A stretch of DNA of 64,000 nt, taken from positions 231,386,001 through 231,450,000 of the forward strand of contig NC_058368.1 in NCBI RefSeq assembly GCF_018350175.1. Reading direction: 5' to 3'. The position numbers were made by a program, and so were the translations under genes. Shown in pieces: positions 1 through 13,160 of the stretch (its first letter is position 1; each line of letters opens with the position of its first letter). The notes under the pieces were generated by a model. That model worked only from the letters and a program-made list of their open reading frames with translations. It did not search any database and was not told the origin of the DNA. Origin of the DNA: Felis catus. Lineage: Eukaryota.

Positions 1-834
1 GGGGGAAAGGAGAGATCCACTTGGCCAGCTTCTTCTCCTGGCTATAGTGCCGGGCCCAGCTCTGCGAGCTGCAGACAGCACCGCCCCCGAGACAGCCCCA
101 GCCGGTGAGAGGCAGACGGGGCCAGGACCTTGCAGCTCAGAGCCCCGAGTCCTAATTCGTGACCTGCCGCTTCACCAGGTCCTGATGACCTTTGTGTGCC
201 TACGTGCGCCACCCCAAAATACCAAATCACTCGCTGCGGTGTCCAGTTTCCAGCGGTACATAAACGATTGGAGAGCAGGTTGGAAATGCCAGAGGTTCAG
301 AAATGACGAACCGTAGTTCTCATGATCTCGTCAGTCTGGCCTTGGTTTATGCTGCCAAACCTCAGCAAACTCTCTCTGCTTTCCACTGGCCTCTGTCTGA
401 ATATTTGACCGTGAGTAGATTTTGCTGCCGGTTTTTCTTGTTGTTGTTGTTGTGGTTGTTGTTGTTAAACACGCGCTGGACGTCCTCTGTGTGGAAGCAA
501 GCGTCCTGGTGTATTTTACCTCTGTATTTCCTTCCTAGCTCTTTCTTGGAGGACAGACTTCCTACATCTGTTAGCCTCATGGAAGTGATTAGGAGTGTAG
601 CAATGGCAACATGCACGTGCGATGTCATATTTTGCAGAAATGAAACTCTGCAAAGCTTCTGCAGTCAAGGGGAGGTATCGAGGTGTAGAGGAAGGGACTG
701 CAGATCCGTAGGGCTGGGCTCTGCTTGTGGCTCACGTGTGATTATTACCATTTGATGGATGTTATGCGCAGGGCCGGGTGCCTCGTTTAATTTTGTTATT
801 TTTTTTGTATAGTTCTTTTCTTTTTTTTTCTTTT

Positions 835-1450
835 AAAAATTGACGTGAAATTCACATAACAGAATCCACCATTTTAAAGTGAACAATTCAGTGGCATTTA
901 GGACATTCACAGTGCCGTTCAACCCTCACCTCCATATAGTTCCAAAACATTTTCAATCCCCAAAAGGAAAACCTAACAGTAAGCTGTGGCTCTGTGGCCC
1001 CTCCTACCCGCACCCCCCCCCCCCCCCAGCATCCACCAGTCGGCTTTCCTTCTCTGTGGATTTACCTGTTCTAGAATTTCCTAGGAGTGCAATCATAAAA
1101 CCTTTCGGTTCAAGCTTCTTCCATGTAGCTTGTTTTTGAGGTCCATCCATGTTGTAACACGTAGCAGCACTTCATTCCTGTTTACGGCTGGATACTCTTC
1201 ATTCTATGGCGATGCTCTGTTTATCCATTCATCTGCCGGAGGACATTTGAGCTTTGTTCACCTTGTGGCTATAGTGATGGCATTGCTGTGAATATGTGTG
1301 TACCTACATACATTTATTTTAGTACCGGTTTTCAACTTGGGGGGTGTATACTTAGAAGTGGAATGGCTGGGTCATATGATAATTTTGTGGTTAACTTTTC
1401 CCTCAGTGGCTGCTGCACCATTTTATGTTCCCACCAGCAATATACAAAGT
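835..1450 (-). mobile_element. Old L1 (L1MB/L1MC-like) 3' end fragment
   Basis: Antisense L1 3' motifs: 'gtgaaattcacataac...ttttaaagtgaacaattcagtggcattt', 'ggaatggctgggtcatatg', 'ttcccaccagcaa'. Confidence 0.75.
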
Positions 1451-1482
1451 GCCTACTTTTTAAATTAAAAAAAAAGGGGGGT

Positions 1483-1690
1483 GGTGTGCCTGGGTGGCTC
1501 AGCCGGTTAAGCACCTGACTTCAGCTCAGGTCATGATCTCCCAGTTTGTGGGTTTGAGCCCCGCATTGGGGGCTGTGCTGACAGCTCAGAGCCTGGAGCC
1601 TGCTTCGGATTCTGTGTCTCCCTCTCTCTCTGCCCTTCCCCCACCCAAGCTCTGTCTCTCTCTCTCTCTCTCAAAAATAAATAAACAAAA
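1483..1690 (+). mobile_element. Can-SINE (SINEC, felid type)
   Basis: 'gcctgggtggctcagccggttaagc' tRNA-like head, (CT)n, 'aaaaataaataaac' tail. Confidence 0.95.
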
Positions 1691-1926
1691 TTTTTATATG
1701 ATTAGCATATAGTGTTACATCAGTTTCAAGTGTACAATCTAGTGATTCAACAATCTATACATTACCCAGCACACAACAGGGTAAGTGTACTCTTAATCCC
1801 CTTTATCCGTCTCACCTCTCCCCCACCACCTCCCCTCTGGCGACCATCAGTTTGTTCTCTGTATTTAAGAGTCTGTTTTTTTGTTTCTCTGGGAGTTTTT
1901 TGTTTGTTTGTTTGTTCATTTGTTTC

Positions 1927-2140
1927 TTTTTTTTTTTTCAACGTTTATTTATTTTTGGGACAGAGAGAGACAGAGCATGAACGGGGGAGGGGCAGAGAGA
2001 GAGGGAGACACAGAATCGGAAACAGGCTCCAGGCTCTGAGCCATCAGCCCAGAGCCTGACGCGGGGCTCGAACTCCCGGACCGCGAGATCGTGACCTGGC
2101 TGAAGTCGGACGCTTAACCGACAGCGCCACCCAGGTGCCC
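1927..2140 (-). mobile_element. Can-SINE, young Felis-type
   Basis: polyT start, 'gggacagagagagacagagcatgaacggggg', ends 'ccaggtgccc'; flanking repeat tttgtttctt. Confidence 0.95.
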
Positions 2141-2483
2141 TTGTTTTGTTTCTTAAATTCCACACATGAATGAGATCATATGGTTTTTGTCTTTTCTGTC
2201 TGACTTTTTTCACTCTCTAGCTCCATCCATGTTGTTGCAAATGGCAAGATTTCATTCTTTTTTATAGCTGAGTGATATTCCATGGTATGTATATACCATA
2301 TCTTCTTTATCCATTTGTCTATTGGTGGACACTTGGGTTGGTTCCATATTTTGGCTATTGTAAATAATGCTGCAATCAACATAATGGTGCATATATCTTT
2401 TCAAATTAGTGTTTTTGCTTTCTTTGGGTAAATACCCAGTAGTGGAATGATTGGGTCATATGGTGGTCTTATTTAAAAAAAAA

Positions 2484-2691
2484 ATTTGTTTTAATGTTTA
2501 TTCATTTTTGAGAGAGAGAGACAGAGCATGAGCAGGGAAGGGGCAGATAGAGGGAGACACAGAATCCAAGGCAGGCTCCAGGCTCTGAGCTGTCAGCACA
2601 GAGCCTGACGCGGGGCTCGAACTCACGAACTGCAAGGTCATGACCTGAGCCGAAGTCGGTTGCTCAACGGACTGAGCCACCCAGGCGTCCC
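2484..2691 (-). mobile_element. Can-SINE
   Basis: Full reverse-complement SINE body; target-site duplication (TSD) gtggtcttattt on both sides. Confidence 0.95.
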
Positions 2692-2925
2692 ATTGTGGTC
2701 TTATTTTTAATTTTTTGAGGAACCTCCATACTGCTTTGCACATGTAAATGCACCAGTTTACATTCTGACACCCAGCGCATGGGGGTTCCGTTTTCTCTAT
2801 ATCCTCACCAGCACTTGTCATTTCTTGTCTTTTTGATTCTAGCCATTCTGACTAGCATGAGGTCATACATATCTTGTTGTGGTTTTGGTTTGCATTTTTT
2901 GATGATCAGTGACATTGAAAAGTGC

Positions 2926-3141
2926 TTTTTTTTTTTTTTAAAGTTTATTTATTTTGAGAGAGAGCGAGAGTGTGAGTGGGGGAGGAGCAGAAAGAGAGGG
3001 AAAGAGAGAGAGAATCCCAAGTGGGATCTGCACTGTCAGTGCAGAGCCCGATGCGGGGCTCCATCCCATAAACCACAAGATCGTGAGCTGAGCCGCAGTC
3101 AAGAGTCCGATGCTCGACTGACTGAGCCGCCCAGACACCCC
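2926..3141 (-). mobile_element. Can-SINE (older subfamily)
   Basis: polyT, (GA)n, 'gaatcccaag...gactgagccgcccagacacccc'. Confidence 0.9.
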
Positions 3142-3464
3142 AAGTAGTGCTCACTTCTGCTTAACTCTCAGGGTCATTGAAAGATCCCCCGAGCGCATGC
3201 CCTCTTAAATGCGCTGCCCTGGTGCCCCGTTGTCCTTGCTGTTGGTCAGGCCTGTTCTCTGCATTGAAGGGCCACCGTCAGCTGACTGAGGCAAGTCCCA
3301 CGAAGGGAGAAGGTCTCTGTGGCTGGGGAGAAGGGTGTTTTAGGTTTCCAGGCAGGTGTCCGAGCACCTGCAGCACTTACTAAAAGACCCGGAGGCTCAG
3401 GCTGTCAGGGGTGTATCAGCCGGGTTTCCTTGGGACAGGGAGGCCCATCTGAAGTGGACTCGGC

Positions 3465-3625
3465 TGGTACTTCTCAACCTTGAACGTGCACCAGCCACCT
3501 GGGGGTCTTGCTAAAATGCAGCCTCCGGTCCCCTGGGTCTGGGGCCAGGCTGAGACTACATTTCTTTCCAATGAGCTCCCAGGAGGTGCTGCGTCTCCGA
3601 AGACCACCCCCTGAGTAGCAAAGCC
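3465..3625. mobile_element. MER5-like hAT-Charlie DNA transposon relic
   Basis: 'acttctcaaccttgaacgtgca...cacctgggggtcttgctaaaatgcag...ctcccaggaggtgctg...gaccacccc...gagtagca'. Confidence 0.65.
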
Positions 3626-4514
3626 CTAGCAAACGAGAAAGAAATCATCGGCAGCCTCACTGGAAAGAGCAAAATGTCACCAGACGTGCAGCCGGACTGT
3701 CTCCGACTTTCTTTCTTCGCTCCTTTGCGAGCCCCCGACTCCATCTCTCGTCTTGATGTCATCACATCGCAAGGAGCCCCCTCCGACAGCTCGTGCCTCC
3801 CTCCTCACGTGTCTGTCCCTCTGGGATCAGGCCCAGATTTGCCTGGAGGCATCGGATCTGCCCATCCCGGGCTAAGGGCCCACCGTGGACCGGTCAGCAC
3901 AGACGGGGGTGGGGTCCGTAGGCAAGGGACATGTGCCACTGGAAACCTGTGGTCAGGCCGTGGGGGACACGCTTCCAGAAGGAGGGAAGGACTTTCTCTG
4001 TGGAAGCAGGGCAGGATTGCCGGGAAGATGGTCTGTCGAATGGGGGGCAGGTCTGTCACTGCGGCCCCAGGCCCTTGACGAGCTAAGGCAGGAGAGTTTC
4101 ATTAGCATACTTACTGCAAGGAGGAAAGTAGGAAAACTGATTGCATATTGAGAATGTCTCAAGCTTTGACAATTTGCTTAACAGCATTTCTGTTTCCTAT
4201 AAAATCGACACGGTAATTTCCTCACTTCCATTACACTGTGGCAGTCAGTCCTTCATTACCTTTCTTTCTTTCTTTCTTTTTTTTTTTATCATAGCATGTG
4301 CAGAAAATGAGAACATACGTGGGGTTAATGGAGGCTGCTGCCCATGGTCAGGGTGAGGGGTCTGAGCCCTGGATACTCTGGGTCTGAGGACGTCCAGCCC
4401 CACAACCACCTTTAACCTATTTGCCAAATGCCACTGAGCCATGGCACCCGCTTCGGAAGCTGTCTTCGAGGGGACTGTTTCAGGGCAAAGTCATCATCTC
4501 CAGGAAGACAGGCT

Positions 4515-4727
4515 GGGGCACCCGGGCGACTCAGTCAGTTGAGCGTCCATCTCTCGACTTCAGCTCAGGTCATGATCTCAGGGTCGTGGGATCCAGCCCC
4601 ACATCAGGCTCTGCGCTGAGCTCGGCGCCTGCTTGAGATTTTCTCTCTCTCTCCCCCGCTGCCCCTCTCTCCTGCTCGTGTGCACGCGCTCTCTCACTCT
4701 AAAATAAAAAAAAATAATAATGAAAAA
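4515..4727 (+). mobile_element. Can-SINE (older subfamily)
   Basis: 'ggggcacccgggcgactcagtcagttgagc' head, (CT)n, A-rich tail. Confidence 0.9.
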
Positions 4728-4879
4728 GAAAACCTGCACCTTCGTGTCAGCCGGTGTCTGTGTTAGCAAGGCAGTAATTCACACAGGCAGAGTCTTAAGG
4801 GAATAAATGATTCCCTCTTGCTCAAAGAGGTGTAATGGCTGTATACGACTCTAGATGCTGATCATTCATAGTCGACTTT

Positions 4880-4959
4880 ACCCTGGACGTGGGGCCCAAA
4901 CTCAAGACCCCAAGACCAAGAGTTGCATGCTCTCCCAACTGAGCCAGCCAGGAACCCCC
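4880..4959 (-). mobile_element. Can-SINE fragment (tRNA-derived head only)
   Basis: 'gtggggcccaaactcaagacccc...aactgagccagccaggaacccc'. Confidence 0.75.
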
Positions 4960-5939
4960 ATGCTAATTTCTTAGATTTGTCATGGATCCAAACACAATGT
5001 ACCCTATCGCTTTAACTTCCATTGAGTTCAGTTCATCCAAACAAGAGTTAACCCACAATGGAAAGTGCCTCCTTTTTGCTGCAGTCACTTACTACATCTA
5101 AATGGCTTATTAAATGAAGAATGTTGTCCAGGCTACACTCACCACAGATGACGAGACGATTCCTGTGGTTGGATGTAATATCTGTTCTTTGGTTTATAGA
5201 TCCAGAACACCGCAGAGAGTTCCATGGGAGGCCTGGAGCTTGTATAATAAATCAGAACTAACTGGAAAAGGTTTCAAAGTGCCCCTTGCACTGTTATCTA
5301 GGCTACAGACAATACTTCTCTGGAAAGTGCACAATAGGTCTTAATAACTAACTCCTTTTGTTTTTAGTGGAGGTAGAGGTAGGAAGGGATGGGTGGCAAG
5401 ATGCCAGCGTCCCGTCCCCTCACTTGTACAAAATGAAATACATTCCCATCACGGAGTGGGCTTTGGTCATTGTGAGTCCTGGGTAACAGCAGCTTATTGA
5501 GGAAGTGAGGGGATCAATGGAAAGTCGCTGAGTATCAAAACTACCATTCATCCTAAACCAAGGAGCAGGAATCATCATCAGCTGCTAGTTGGTAGAATCG
5601 AGGCCATGGGGTGGATGGAGTGAATAGTTAAATGGCAAAGACTGAGGGAGAGGCTACAGAGCTTGAAATCAAATAAAAGGCAAAGGAAAAAGAAGGAGGC
5701 AACTCCTTGCCCTCATCTCCTGAGATCCCCAGCGTTGGCAAGAGTACTTAGAACATGGTTGGGGCTCAAGAACTGTTTGCTGAATGAATAAATGAATGAA
5801 CCCAAGCATTGCTCTGCACCCCTTGTCCAAATCCTGGGAAGACATCTTCCATAACAGAGGGCAAAAATCTAACTAGTCCAATTCAAGAATAAAATGGAAT
5901 GTTAGGAACGTGAGACGTTTTAAAAATTGAGAAAAAGGC

Positions 5940-6108
5940 ATGGGGACGAGAGGTATAGCGTAGGGATTATAGTCAACGGTATCGTGGTAGCGTTGTGTGG
6001 TGACAGATGGTGGCTACGCTTGTGGAGAGCACAGCACAGCCCAGGAGTTGTCAGATCACTGTGTTGTAGCCCTGAAACGAATATAACATGGTGTGCCAAC
6101 TGTATTTT
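5940..6108 (+). mobile_element. Severely 5'-truncated carnivore L1 3' end with TSD
   Basis: 'tggtgacagatgg...atcactgtgttgta..cctgaaac.aatataaca' L1 3' terminus; flanked by aaaaattgagaaaaa(a)ggc at about 5922-5939 and 6110-6128. Confidence 0.85.
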
Positions 6109-6849
6109 AAAAAATTGAGAAAAAAGGCCAGGTCTAAAACAGAAGTAATCTAAAATCGACTCAGTGAGGTAGTGGAATAGGCACCAGGCTGGGAATTAGG
6201 AAACCTGAGCTCTATACTAGATGTTTTTCAACTTGCTACATGCCTCCACGAGGCACTTTACATCAGGAGGGAAGAGAAGGAATGTTCCGTGATGGTGTGG
6301 GAACCCTTGGTAAGGAAATAGGAAAAAATACCATTGTAAGACATCAAGTCATATCGTACAACTGAATAAACTCCAGGTATATTGAAAGGGTAAATGGAAA
6401 AGTGATGAAAATGGTTAAGATGTAGGAGCATGGGATTCTGTACTTACTGAGCGCTTGATGGGAGGAAATTCTGGTTCACGCTTTTTTGGATTAGTGTGGG
6501 TTGTAAGAGCTCTAGAACATTATTTTCTTATTTTTGTTCACACGTCTGTTGGATTTGTGGGGCAACTGTGTTTATAAGATAAACTGAAAAACACACTGTC
6601 AGTGCACAGACTGCTGCCTGCCTTGACCAGACCCCCACAATTCCAGTGCCCTCCCCTTTCCCCCAAGGGAGCCCCTGGGAGATCCCTTTCCAGATTCTTC
6701 TGACCTAAAACTTATCACACCTTATAAATTACTCCAAGACTTGTAGTTTTCATTCAACATTGTGCCTTGGAGAACTATCCGTTTTAGTACATATTGATCT
6801 GCTTCTTCCTCTTCCTTTTTATTTTTTTCTAAGTGTTCATTGCAGGATA

Positions 6850-6985
6850 TGAAGACAAATAGGGCAGTACCTTGAGAATCCTGGGGCAAAGTGACTTCAT
6901 ACTAGAATACACTAGAATTCTATGCCAAAACTATCCATCAAGTTTGAGGGACACTTAGAGACATTTTCAGACGGGCAAGAACACG
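6850..6985 (+). mobile_element. Ancient L1 ORF1 C-terminal fragment
   Basis: 'ctagaattctatgccaaaactatccatcaagtttgaggg...agacattttcagac' resembles the L1 ORF1 end. Confidence 0.55.
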
Positions 6986-8780
6986 GTTCTCCTCTGAGGG
7001 TCCTTGCAAAGCTCCCCTCACTCTATTATACAAAGCAGTTCAGCCCTGTTTTTGTCCCCCTGGCCCATCCTGGTTCTTTACCTCCCTAAATAGCCCTGTT
7101 CCTTTGGGTGACATTCTCTCCCCACCTCCCACTGTGCTGTGTGGCCATTTAACACTGAGCGGGCATTCAATCCAATAAAAAGTCCCGCAGCCAAAAGAAA
7201 CTCTTGTCTGAGCAAAATTTGCTTTCAGATTTATGTTTTCTACTGTTTTTCTGTCTTCTAACTGTCTAGTTTCTGCCTTTTTCTTTAATAACAGTTCCTG
7301 TAGGTTTCCTTGACTTGCCTTTGTGCCCTCTCAATGTTCTGTGTTGGGTGCTTCGTTCATTTTCTCTTCATTCTTTGTTTTTCTTCTCTTTTTGGTCAAT
7401 AGAACTGAAGTGTTTTTGGCTGAGCTTTTCTTAGCTCTCTCCTATGGATTCTTACTGTGGCCATTTCATTACAGTTTCTAGAAATTATGTTTTTGTTTGT
7501 CCGTTTTCTTTGACTCAAGGAAAATGTAAGAGCCTTTGCCCCTGTCCCAGGGGGATGGGTCTTTTGTGTTTTAATTTGATTTTCAGTTTCTAGTTTTATT
7601 GCATTGTGATCATAGGAAGTTTTCGGCCCTGTTTTTACTTTCCGGAGATTTTCTTTTTGGCTCCTAACTGAGAACAGTTTTTTGTCGTTTTGTTTTTTTT
7701 ATACTTTCACGGGCACTTAAGCTGAAGATATTTTCTTTGTTTTTAGGGTGCGTGCGAATGTATGCATGGGTGTATTTCTGTACGTGTAAACCAGACCTAC
7801 TTATTAATTATACTACTTAGGCCATATATAATTTATTTTTTTATCTACTTTATGCATCAAGGACAGAGGGAGGTGCACAGAGATACAGAGCTGTTATCTT
7901 TATTATGCGATTATAGCATTTAACCTAATAGAGTGCTCATTTCTGTCTTTTTTGTTTAATGCTTTGTGGTCCGTAGTCTGTCTTGAGTGTATTAAGATCA
8001 CAACCCTTGCTATTTTGTGTTTGTGCTTGAATTTTAAAAACCTTTGTTTGTAAAGACTGAGAAATCTTTATGAAACGTGTCGGTCCGGCCGTGGCTCTTG
8101 TGTATAGCTTGTGCTTGGGTTTGCCTTGGCCTCCGATCTCTTCCTTTTACTGCTTTCCCTCTTCCCACCCTTCCATCAGAGCTGAGTTGAGCTCATTTAC
8201 CCCTATTAATGGTAGATGGGATCCATTTTTAGTTTTCCATATTATTTTACGTTATGATTTCAATTTTTATGCTTTTGCATAAAGTCATTTACCAGGTGGT
8301 CTCTTGTCTTTGAAAACCTTTCTGAAGTCTAGGAAGGTTCGCATTATGATTATCCTAGTGGCTGCTTCTATAATTTCATTTAAAATGAACACCCCTGGTC
8401 CTCTATTTTTTATACAGTATATGTTCTCCTCAGTAGAGTAACGGTAAAAATCCCTGTGCGACAGCTTCCTTCTCCCTCCCATGCACCCACTTTTAGTCAA
8501 TAAAACCCATCTGCATTAGTACGTATCCTTGTAAGGTAGTTATGTTTATACTTCTAACATGTGATTTGTCAGCTATTAATGACTTTCGTTGCTTTTCAGT
8601 TCTTACAAACGAGGCAACTGACCAACTTACTCTGTCTTTTGCCTTCATACTCCCTTTTTCTGCCGAGTTTTGTCATTGCAACATTTCTACATTGTCATGG
8701 CAGGTAGCATTTACTTCTGCTCTGTGACTCTCGTCCACACATTTGTTTTGGTTTTAGTTTTCAATTAAACATCCAACGTT

Positions 8781-8965
8781 GGGGCACCTGGGTGGCTCTC
8801 TCGGTTGAGCGTTTCACTCTTGGTTTCAGCCAGGTCATGATCTCATGGTTCGGAGAGTTTGAGTCTGCATCGGGCTCTGTGCTGACAGCGTGGAGCCTGC
8901 TTGGGATTCTGTCTCCCTCTCTCTCTGCCCCTCCCCCCTCAAAATAAATAAATACATTAAAAAAT
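8781..8965 (+). mobile_element. Can-SINE
   Basis: 'ggggcacctgggtggctc' head, 'aaaataaataaatacattaaaaaa' tail. Confidence 0.95.
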
Positions 8966-10029
8966 ACATTTTAAGCATATCTGATGCTTACCACTAGCAT
9001 CTTTCTTTCCCTGTGGTTTTCCTAATCATCTTCTGATTGGCTGACATTTGCTTTCTTATAGTTTTCTCAAGGACTCATGATAACAATGTTTCCTAACTTC
9101 TTGCAATTACAGGAAAAAGTACTCTTTATACTTGAAGGACAGGTCATACTTTTCCCATGAGTACCTCTTGGATGCCGCTCCATTATCTTTTGGTGATTAA
9201 TGGTGGATAAAATCTAAAGCCAGATTGACTTCTTTGTCTAGAAATTTTTTTCTTTTTTTTCAAAATCCAGAAACTTTACTGTGATTAAGTTGTGGTGTTA
9301 ACCATTCTGGGTCAACTTTTTGTCTGGTACATGGTATAATCTTTCAACTGTACCAATGGCATTCTTTTTTTAATTCATGAAAAATTTCATGAACCGTGTC
9401 ATTAAATGTTTGTTTTTTTACATTGCTCTGTGTTTCTTCAGGGATTCTGATGATGTAGGAGTTGAATCTCCTTTATCTGTCTTCCAGAGCTAGCATTTTT
9501 TTTTCCTAAGAAAAAAATCCTTTCTTTAATTTTGTTTTATAATGCTCATTTTTCTTCTTCTTCTTACCTCTATTTCTTCGTGAGCTTCCAGAGTAGCTAG
9601 ACACATTTTTTCTCCTTCCAATATTTATTCATTGATTCTTTCTTGGAGTATGCCAGCTCATGTCTTATTTCTTTCTGTTAAATAATCGTATCTTTCCTGT
9701 GTTTCTCATCATCCTTTATAGAGATAACGGCCACACTGAATATTTTTAAATTCGCAGTGAAATACTTAGTTCAAATTTTTATCTGCTCTGTGGCAACGTT
9801 TTTCTATGAGTGTTCTTCATCATTGATGTATTTTGTTGCTCTGTTCACTATTATTTCCTAGATCATCTTTGTATTAACGCTAATTCCCTTTTTATCACTC
9901 ATCACAGAGTGATCATATTCTCCTTAGCCAGTCTGTAAGAGGTTCCTGTTTAGGGACAGGGTGCATGGGGACTAAGATAGCTTTCCAGAGGCAGACTTCT
10001 TGCGGATATGGCTTTTAGTGTGATTCTTT

Positions 10030-10277
10030 TATTTTATTATTTTTAAATTTTTTATTAAGAAATTTTTTAAAAAATGTTTTTATTTATTTATGAGACAGAG
10101 AGAGACAGAGCATGAGCAGGGGAGGGGCAGAGAGAGAGGGAGACACAGAATCCCAAGCAGGCTCCAGGCTCCGAGCTGTCGGCACAGAGCCCGACGTAGG
10201 GCTCAAACCCATGAACCAGGAGATCATGACCTGAGCCAAAGTTGGATGCTCAACCGACTGAGCCACCCAGGCGCCTC
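10030..10277 (-). mobile_element. Can-SINE
   Basis: Full body; TSD tagtgtgattctt on both sides. Confidence 0.95.
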
Positions 10278-10735
10278 TAGTGTGATTCTTAATGTAGGCT
10301 CTTCTGCTGTGTCTTTCAGATCAAGGAGACCTTTTGCCTCTGCCCTGGCCCCTCCTGTCATTTACAGTCACTGTTGTTGTTAAGGGATACACCTGTTATA
10401 ATAAAGTGGCAGCCCTTCCCCTTCAGGGGGTGCATTTAGCAGCATTTCTGGGCCCTTTTCTTTTTACTTCTTCCCAGGTAGTTTCTGCTCAATTTCAACT
10501 GAATTTCTCAGTCTTCACATATGTCTTCAAGTCCACCAATTATACTTAAAGTCTCACTGAGAATGAAATTTCTCAGTTGTGTTGGCGACGCTTCTGGTGG
10601 CTGCTATAACCTAGGGGGCAAGGAGAGAGATGTACGCTTAAGTAGCCATGCTCACACTTGAAGTCCAGCTTTGTTTCCTGAAGCCATCTTTATGATTTCA
10701 TTCTTGGTATATAACGAAACCATGCCACATTTACA

Positions 10736-10947
10736 TTTTTTTTTAACGTTTATTTATTTTTGAGAAAGAGAGAGACAGAGCGTGAACGGGGGAGGGGCAG
10801 AGAGAGAGGGAGGCACAGAATTGGAAGCAGGCTCCAGGCTCTGAGCCATCAGCCCAGAGCCCGACGCGGGGCTCGAACTCACGGACCGCGAGATCGTGAC
10901 CCGGGCTGAAGTCGGACGCTTAACTGACTGAGCCACCCAGGCGCCCC
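10736..10947 (-). mobile_element. Can-SINE, young, CpG-intact
   Basis: Full body ending 'cccaggcgcccc'; TSD tacattttt. Confidence 0.95.
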
Positions 10948-11229
10948 TACATTTTTGTAATATATGAGCTCGAGGTCTGGTACATATTTTTTCTAGTTGT
11001 TCTACTATCTTTTATTGAATATTCTGACCTTTGTTTCATGTTTTGAAATGGTATAGTTTATCATATACTAGGATCCTATATTTACTCTTTTGGAAGATTT
11101 TTTTTTTTTATGTCTGTTCCTTCAGTTATTATTACCGTAATATTTTAATACTGAATATTTATAATGTGCTTTTGTGTCTTTTTTTCCCCCAGAATTTATT
11201 TGCTACTTTTGCTATTCTTTTTAAAAACG

Positions 11230-11378
11230 GCCATTTATTTATCATGAGGTGAGGAGGGGCAGAGAGAGAGAATCCCAAGTGGGTTTCATGCTGTCAGTGC
11301 AGAGTCCAACCATGAGATCATGACCTGAGCCGAAATCCAGAGTTGGCTGCTTAACTGACTGAGTCACCCAGGTGCCCC
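11230..11378 (-). mobile_element. Can-SINE with internal deletion
   Basis: 'gagaatcccaag...gagatcatgacctgagccgaaatc...cccaggtgcccc'. Confidence 0.85.
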
Positions 11379-12094
11379 TATGTTTGCTATCCTTGTAGAT
11401 ACAATACAGTCAGGTATATTGTGATATCCCTTCCAGAATGGGGATATGACATGTATCCGTTTCTGGGTTTATTGAAATATGGAATTCTTTTAATGGTAGA
11501 ATAAGAATTTCTCACTTTTGAAGCTGATATTCTATAAAGCAGTTTGAGAAAGACTGCCCTAGTATTTCAGCAGTAAACACCATGCTTACTGTTGACATTA
11601 AGAAGACATCTAACATGTTGTATGGGTCTATTCCTATTTTTCTAAATTTTTAAAAAGCCAGAAAGGAGATTAAATTTTGCATCTGTTGAGAAGAATCATT
11701 TCCCTCCTTTGACCTGTTAATATAATGTATTATGTCCAGAATTTAATTCTCGCTGGGAACCATCTCTACATTTCTATTATAAACCATATGTGTTCAGGGC
11801 ATGTTATTATTTTAATATATTTCTAGACTTGAGATATAATAAGATTTTGCATCTATACTTGTGAGATTTAGTTACTAGTTATCCTTGTCCCATTTTGATT
11901 TTAAGTGGTTCAAGCTTCTTACAATAGAATGGAACTTTTTTTTTCTTGTTTTTCTTCCAGAAAAACAGTTGAAATTCTGTAGAAATGGTCACTTGCTCAA
12001 GAGATTGAGCACGTTGCCCAATGAGGAAGCCATGTTGCCTTCCCGTCTCCTTAGGGACTGTTCTTTGACATATTGTTCAGTTTCTTCTGCAGTG

Positions 12095-12300
12095 TGAGAT
12101 CAATGATGGACTACCCGGGTCAGAGTGTGCCAATTCCAGTTACCAGAGTGTGAGAAGCTTCTTAACCTTTTTAAACTTCTCTGTCTTTATCTGAAGAAAC
12201 ATGCATAATAATAGGACCTACATCACTAGGTTGCTGGGCGGATGAACTGAGACAATACAAGGAAAGCACTTAGCCAAAGAGGACCCAATACTAGCAGATG
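12095..12300 (+). mobile_element. MIR SINE
   Basis: MIR core: 'cttaacctt...tttatctg...ataataataggacctacatcactaggttgctg..ggatgaactgagacaata...aaagcacttagc'. Confidence 0.7.
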
Positions 12301-12817
12301 CTGGATAACCTTGGCTTTTTTCTTATTCTTGATCTATCCACATTTGCTCCCCTTACAAGAGTCAGTTTTTTTTTAGTAAATAGACTATGTCTAGATAATT
12401 AGCCATTTCACTGAGAGTTGAGCTTTTATTACTATACAGTTGTTCACAGTATTTGCTTATAATTAAAAAAAAAAATCTTGTACATCTGTGGGTATGATAT
12501 CTAATTCTCAGTAATGGATATTTGTGGTCCTTCCCTCACTTTTCTTGATTAGCATTGTTTTGGGTTTATTTTATTGGTCTTTTTAAATATTGGATTTATT
12601 TATCAATGCTATTGTTTTTCTGCCTTCTGTTTCATTAATTTCTGTTTTGGCTTCATTATTTTTTACTCTTGCTGCCTCTGTTTTGCTATTGTTGATGTTC
12701 TTCCCGCTTCTAGAGCAAATTGCTTACTTCATTGGTTTCTATTTCTTCTTATTTAGCAGTAAAAACATGTAAAGTTAGGAATTTCTTTCTAGGCGCTTAA
12801 CATTTAATTACTGTGAA

Positions 12818-13032
12818 GCGGGTGAGCAAGCCAAGGCTATGGATCAAATTCAGCTTGCTGTTTTTATAAATAAAGTATTATTGGAACACATGCACAGCCA
12901 TTCATTTATGAGTTGTGTGTGGCTGTTTTCACACTACTGTGACAGAGTTATCCGTGGTGATAGAAACCTATGGCTCATTAAGCCTGAAATATTTACTATG
13001 TGGTCCTTTTCAGAAAGCGTTTGCTGATCCAT
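12818..13032. mobile_element. MER58A-like hAT-Charlie DNA transposon
   Basis: 'gtttttataaataaagtattattggaacac...cattcatttat...aagcctgaaatatttactat.tggtcc...tttgctgatcc'. Confidence 0.8.
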
Positions 13033-13160
13033 ATAAAGCATTCCATAGTTGTTGATATATACTTTCGTCATCATTTTTATTTTCTAAATGGTCTGCAGTT
13101 ATACATCTCACAACTTGTTTTGGAAAGTGTTTTAATTTCTATGTGGTTTGAATTTTCTTG

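Larger units (their letters stand above)
1700..2925 (-). mobile_element. Carnivore L1 3' UTR and ORF2 C-terminus, interrupted by two SINEs
   Basis: ORF 2176..2382(-) IAALFTIAKIWNQPKCP...WYIHTMEYHSAIKKNEILPFATTWMELE is the L1 ORF2 C-terminus; continuous across SINEs at 1927 and 2484. Confidence 0.9.

Noticed and set aside
1483..1560. tRNA gene-like A/B boxes
   Set aside because: These are tRNA-derived SINE heads followed by (CT)n and A-tails, not tRNA genes
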